Under the pieces are notes generated by a model. That model was not told the DNA's origin. It saw only the letters and a list, made by a program, of their open reading frames with translations, and did no database searches. From Tubiluchus corallicola (Eukaryota > Animalia > Priapulida): a stretch of DNA of 64,000 nucleotides. The stretch's first letter is position 1, and every line of letters begins with the position of its first letter. Shown here in pieces: positions 61,843 through 64,000 of this stretch. A program made the translations under genes and the position numbers. The stretch spans positions 496,001 through 560,000 of the forward strand of contig JAQGDQ010000089.1 in the NCBI GenBank assembly GCA_030141605.1, given 5' to 3'.

Positions 61843-63852
61843 ATGGTGATGGTGGATGAAACAAAGATGACTGCAATTCTAATGAGGCACTTGTGGCGAC
61901 GACTGAAATTTTATCACTTGCGCTATGCCTTAGTTTTGGTTGCTGTTGCTTGTATCTCTTGTACCTACATCAACTGGCAGTCCAAGCCAAACACGTACAT
62001 CACATTCTACAATGGCGCTCCGCCTGAACAAGCATGTGTCCATCCTGACCTTTTTGCAAACTCAGAAGCAGTAGCCAGCCGATTCAAAAAGTTGCAACCA
62101 CTTCAGTGTCGAGAAAATATGTGGTTGTATGTTCAGAATGGCAAGCTTTTGATCAATACCACCGCAGTGACTAATGACAATATTGATCCAAGTTCACTTC
62201 AGTGCACATACCAGGAGATGCACTGGGTTAATGACTTCACAACTAGTTTATCCCAACACATGCCATTGTCTTTGACTAATGGACATCAAATCCCCACCGA
62301 GTTCTTTCTAACTGAATGCATTGGCTACAAACAAGGCCGTGTAAAGTTTTTCTCAAAGAGACGACAAAAAGATTACCATGCTCATATTGTGGTGGATCAG
62401 ACTGAGCTTGAAAAAATGAACAAGCAGCCTGTTACGGATTTATCACTCAATCTTGATGTTATTCTTTTTGCATTTGATTCAGTGTCTAGCATGGCTTGGA
62501 GACATCTGATGCCATTGTCATACAATTACATGGTTGCTGAATTGGGAACTATTGTACTCGAGGGCTACAACATCGTTGGAGATGGTACACCAGCTGCCAC
62601 GACACCAATACTGACTGGCAAAAACGAATGGGAATTACCGGACTGTCTGAAACGACATAAAAATTCCTCAACCGTAGATATTTATCCTATGATCTGGCAA
62701 GATTTCAAAAAGCATGGCTTTATGACCCAGTGGATAGAGGATCAACCTCATATTGCTACGTATACATACAGAATGCGGGGTTTCAAGGTTAAACCAGTTG
62801 ACCATTACATGCGCACTTGGTACCTGCGTGCCTACCCGCATTACAAGAATCGCGAACCGACGCTTTGCATAGGTGACAAGCCACGCCATGTGATTGCAAT
62901 AAATTACTTGCTTGAATTTTTGACAAAATATAAAGACAAGCGAAAGTTTTCCTTCTTTTTCTTCAACGAGGTCAGTCACGATGACATAAATACATTGCAG
63001 TATGCCGATAAAGATTTTTTAAAGTTTTTGAAGGAAATCAAAGAAACTGGTATTTTGGACAGGTCACTGCTGATCGCGTTTAGTGATCATGGAGCTCGTT
63101 TCCATCACTTGCGTGATACATCACTAGGCCTACTTGAAGAAAGAATGCCCTTCATGTCTGTTACGCTTCCGCCGCGGTTTAAACATGATTATCCTCAAGA
63201 ATGGGCTAACCTTAAAAATAATATTCACAGGTTAACTACACCATATGACATCCATCCATTCCTTCAAGAGTTTATTGAATTCCGTGGTGCCAAAAGGAAA
63301 TTTACCGTCTCTAGCCGTGGTATTAGTTTGTTTGCAGAGGTACCACTGGAAAGAACCTGTAGAGATGCTGGAGTGGACAACCACTGGTGCACATGTGTCA
63401 CATGGGAGACACTCCAGCCGTCAGATAAGAACTACATGTTAGTAGCAAATGCTGTTGTAGATGCGATTAATGAAATAGTTGCTGATCGCAGTGACGTATG
63501 TGTAAAAATTTCTCTCGTCAGTGTTGAACGTGTCTCTAAAATGAAGGCCAAGAAAGAGGTTTTGACTTTTGATGGAACGATCGACGACGATGGCCAGGTT
63601 GCTTCATTTAAAGGCAAAGAAGTTGCATTTGCTTCTCTGGATTATCAGGTTGTGGTGCTAACCGATCCAGGAGAGTCTTTATTCGAGGCAACCGTAAAAT
63701 TAAGCACTGAAGGTGTGCCTTTTGTCGAAGAGAGCAGCATTAGTAGAATAAATGCTTATGGAAGGGCCTCTCATTGTATTTATAATGAGAGAGATGATCT
63801 TAGAAAATATTGCTATTGCAAAGACCTCCTCAGAAATACTAATCACTTATAA
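61843..63852 (+). CDS. DUF229-family protein (alkaline phosphatase/sulfatase-like fold), type II membrane, single coding exon
   Basis: 669-aa ORF; N-terminal hydrophobic anchor YALVLVAVACISCTYINW; motifs FDSVS, GYNIVGDGT, SHDD, SDHGARF, LEERMP, RLTTPYDIH, GISLF..RTC.DAG..HWCTC, C-terminal YCYC. The true start may be a slightly downstream ATG. Confidence 0.88.
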   Translation: MVMVDETKMTAILMRHLWRRLKFYHLRYALVLVAVACISCTYINWQSKPNTYITFYNGAPPEQACVHPDLFANSEAVASRFKKLQPLQCRENMWLYVQNGKLLINTTAVTNDNIDPSSLQCTYQEMHWVNDFTTSLSQHMPLSLTNGHQIPTEFFLTECIGYKQGRVKFFSKRRQKDYHAHIVVDQTELEKMNKQPVTDLSLNLDVILFAFDSVSSMAWRHLMPLSYNYMVAELGTIVLEGYNIVGDGTPAATTPILTGKNEWELPDCLKRHKNSSTVDIYPMIWQDFKKHGFMTQWIEDQPHIATYTYRMRGFKVKPVDHYMRTWYLRAYPHYKNREPTLCIGDKPRHVIAINYLLEFLTKYKDKRKFSFFFFNEVSHDDINTLQYADKDFLKFLKEIKETGILDRSLLIAFSDHGARFHHLRDTSLGLLEERMPFMSVTLPPRFKHDYPQEWANLKNNIHRLTTPYDIHPFLQEFIEFRGAKRKFTVSSRGISLFAEVPLERTCRDAGVDNHWCTCVTWETLQPSDKNYMLVANAVVDAINEIVADRSDVCVKISLVSVERVSKMKAKKEVLTFDGTIDDDGQVASFKGKEVAFASLDYQVVVLTDPGESLFEATVKLSTEGVPFVEESSISRINAYGRASHCIYNERDDLRKYCYCKDLLRNTNHL

Positions 63853-64000
63853 ATGTATTATAAATTTATGAGGCGATTTGACCTTGCTCTGGTGCTTAGG
63901 GTCTATATGTCAGTCTGAAACCCTTTCTTTGCATATTCAAACAGTGTGAACACAGTCAAGCACATTCAAAAATGTTCAAATTGCATGCTTTTGCACATTT

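Overview
AT-rich, intron-rich animal genomic DNA (invertebrate-like; species not determinable from the sequence). Four protein-coding genes were reconstructed by hand from splice sites and reading frame. (1) The 3' part (20 exons, ~886 aa) of a multi-PLAT/LH2-domain gene (LOXHD1/RP1-like), + strand, 1..20471. (2) A complete KLF10/11 (TIEG/cabut) C2H2 transcription factor, + strand, 27671..31559. (3) A complete PTPDC1 phosphatase, - strand, 53556..35437, with a GC-AG intron and a 22-nt microexon. (4) An intronless DUF229-family type II membrane protein, + strand, 61843..63852. Between PTPDC1 and DUF229 lies a dense cluster of non-LTR retrotransposon relics, including an R2-like reverse transcriptase outside rDNA. 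Introns hold five copies of one MITE family, other MITEs, tRNA-derived SINEs and long microsatellites. The best leads are a candidate RG-rich alternative last exon of the PLAT gene, a ChoRE-like element plus an intronic alternative promoter at KLF10/11, the LINE cluster, and a composite MITE. I see no unambiguous wholly new system. All family assignments come from motif recognition, not database searches.
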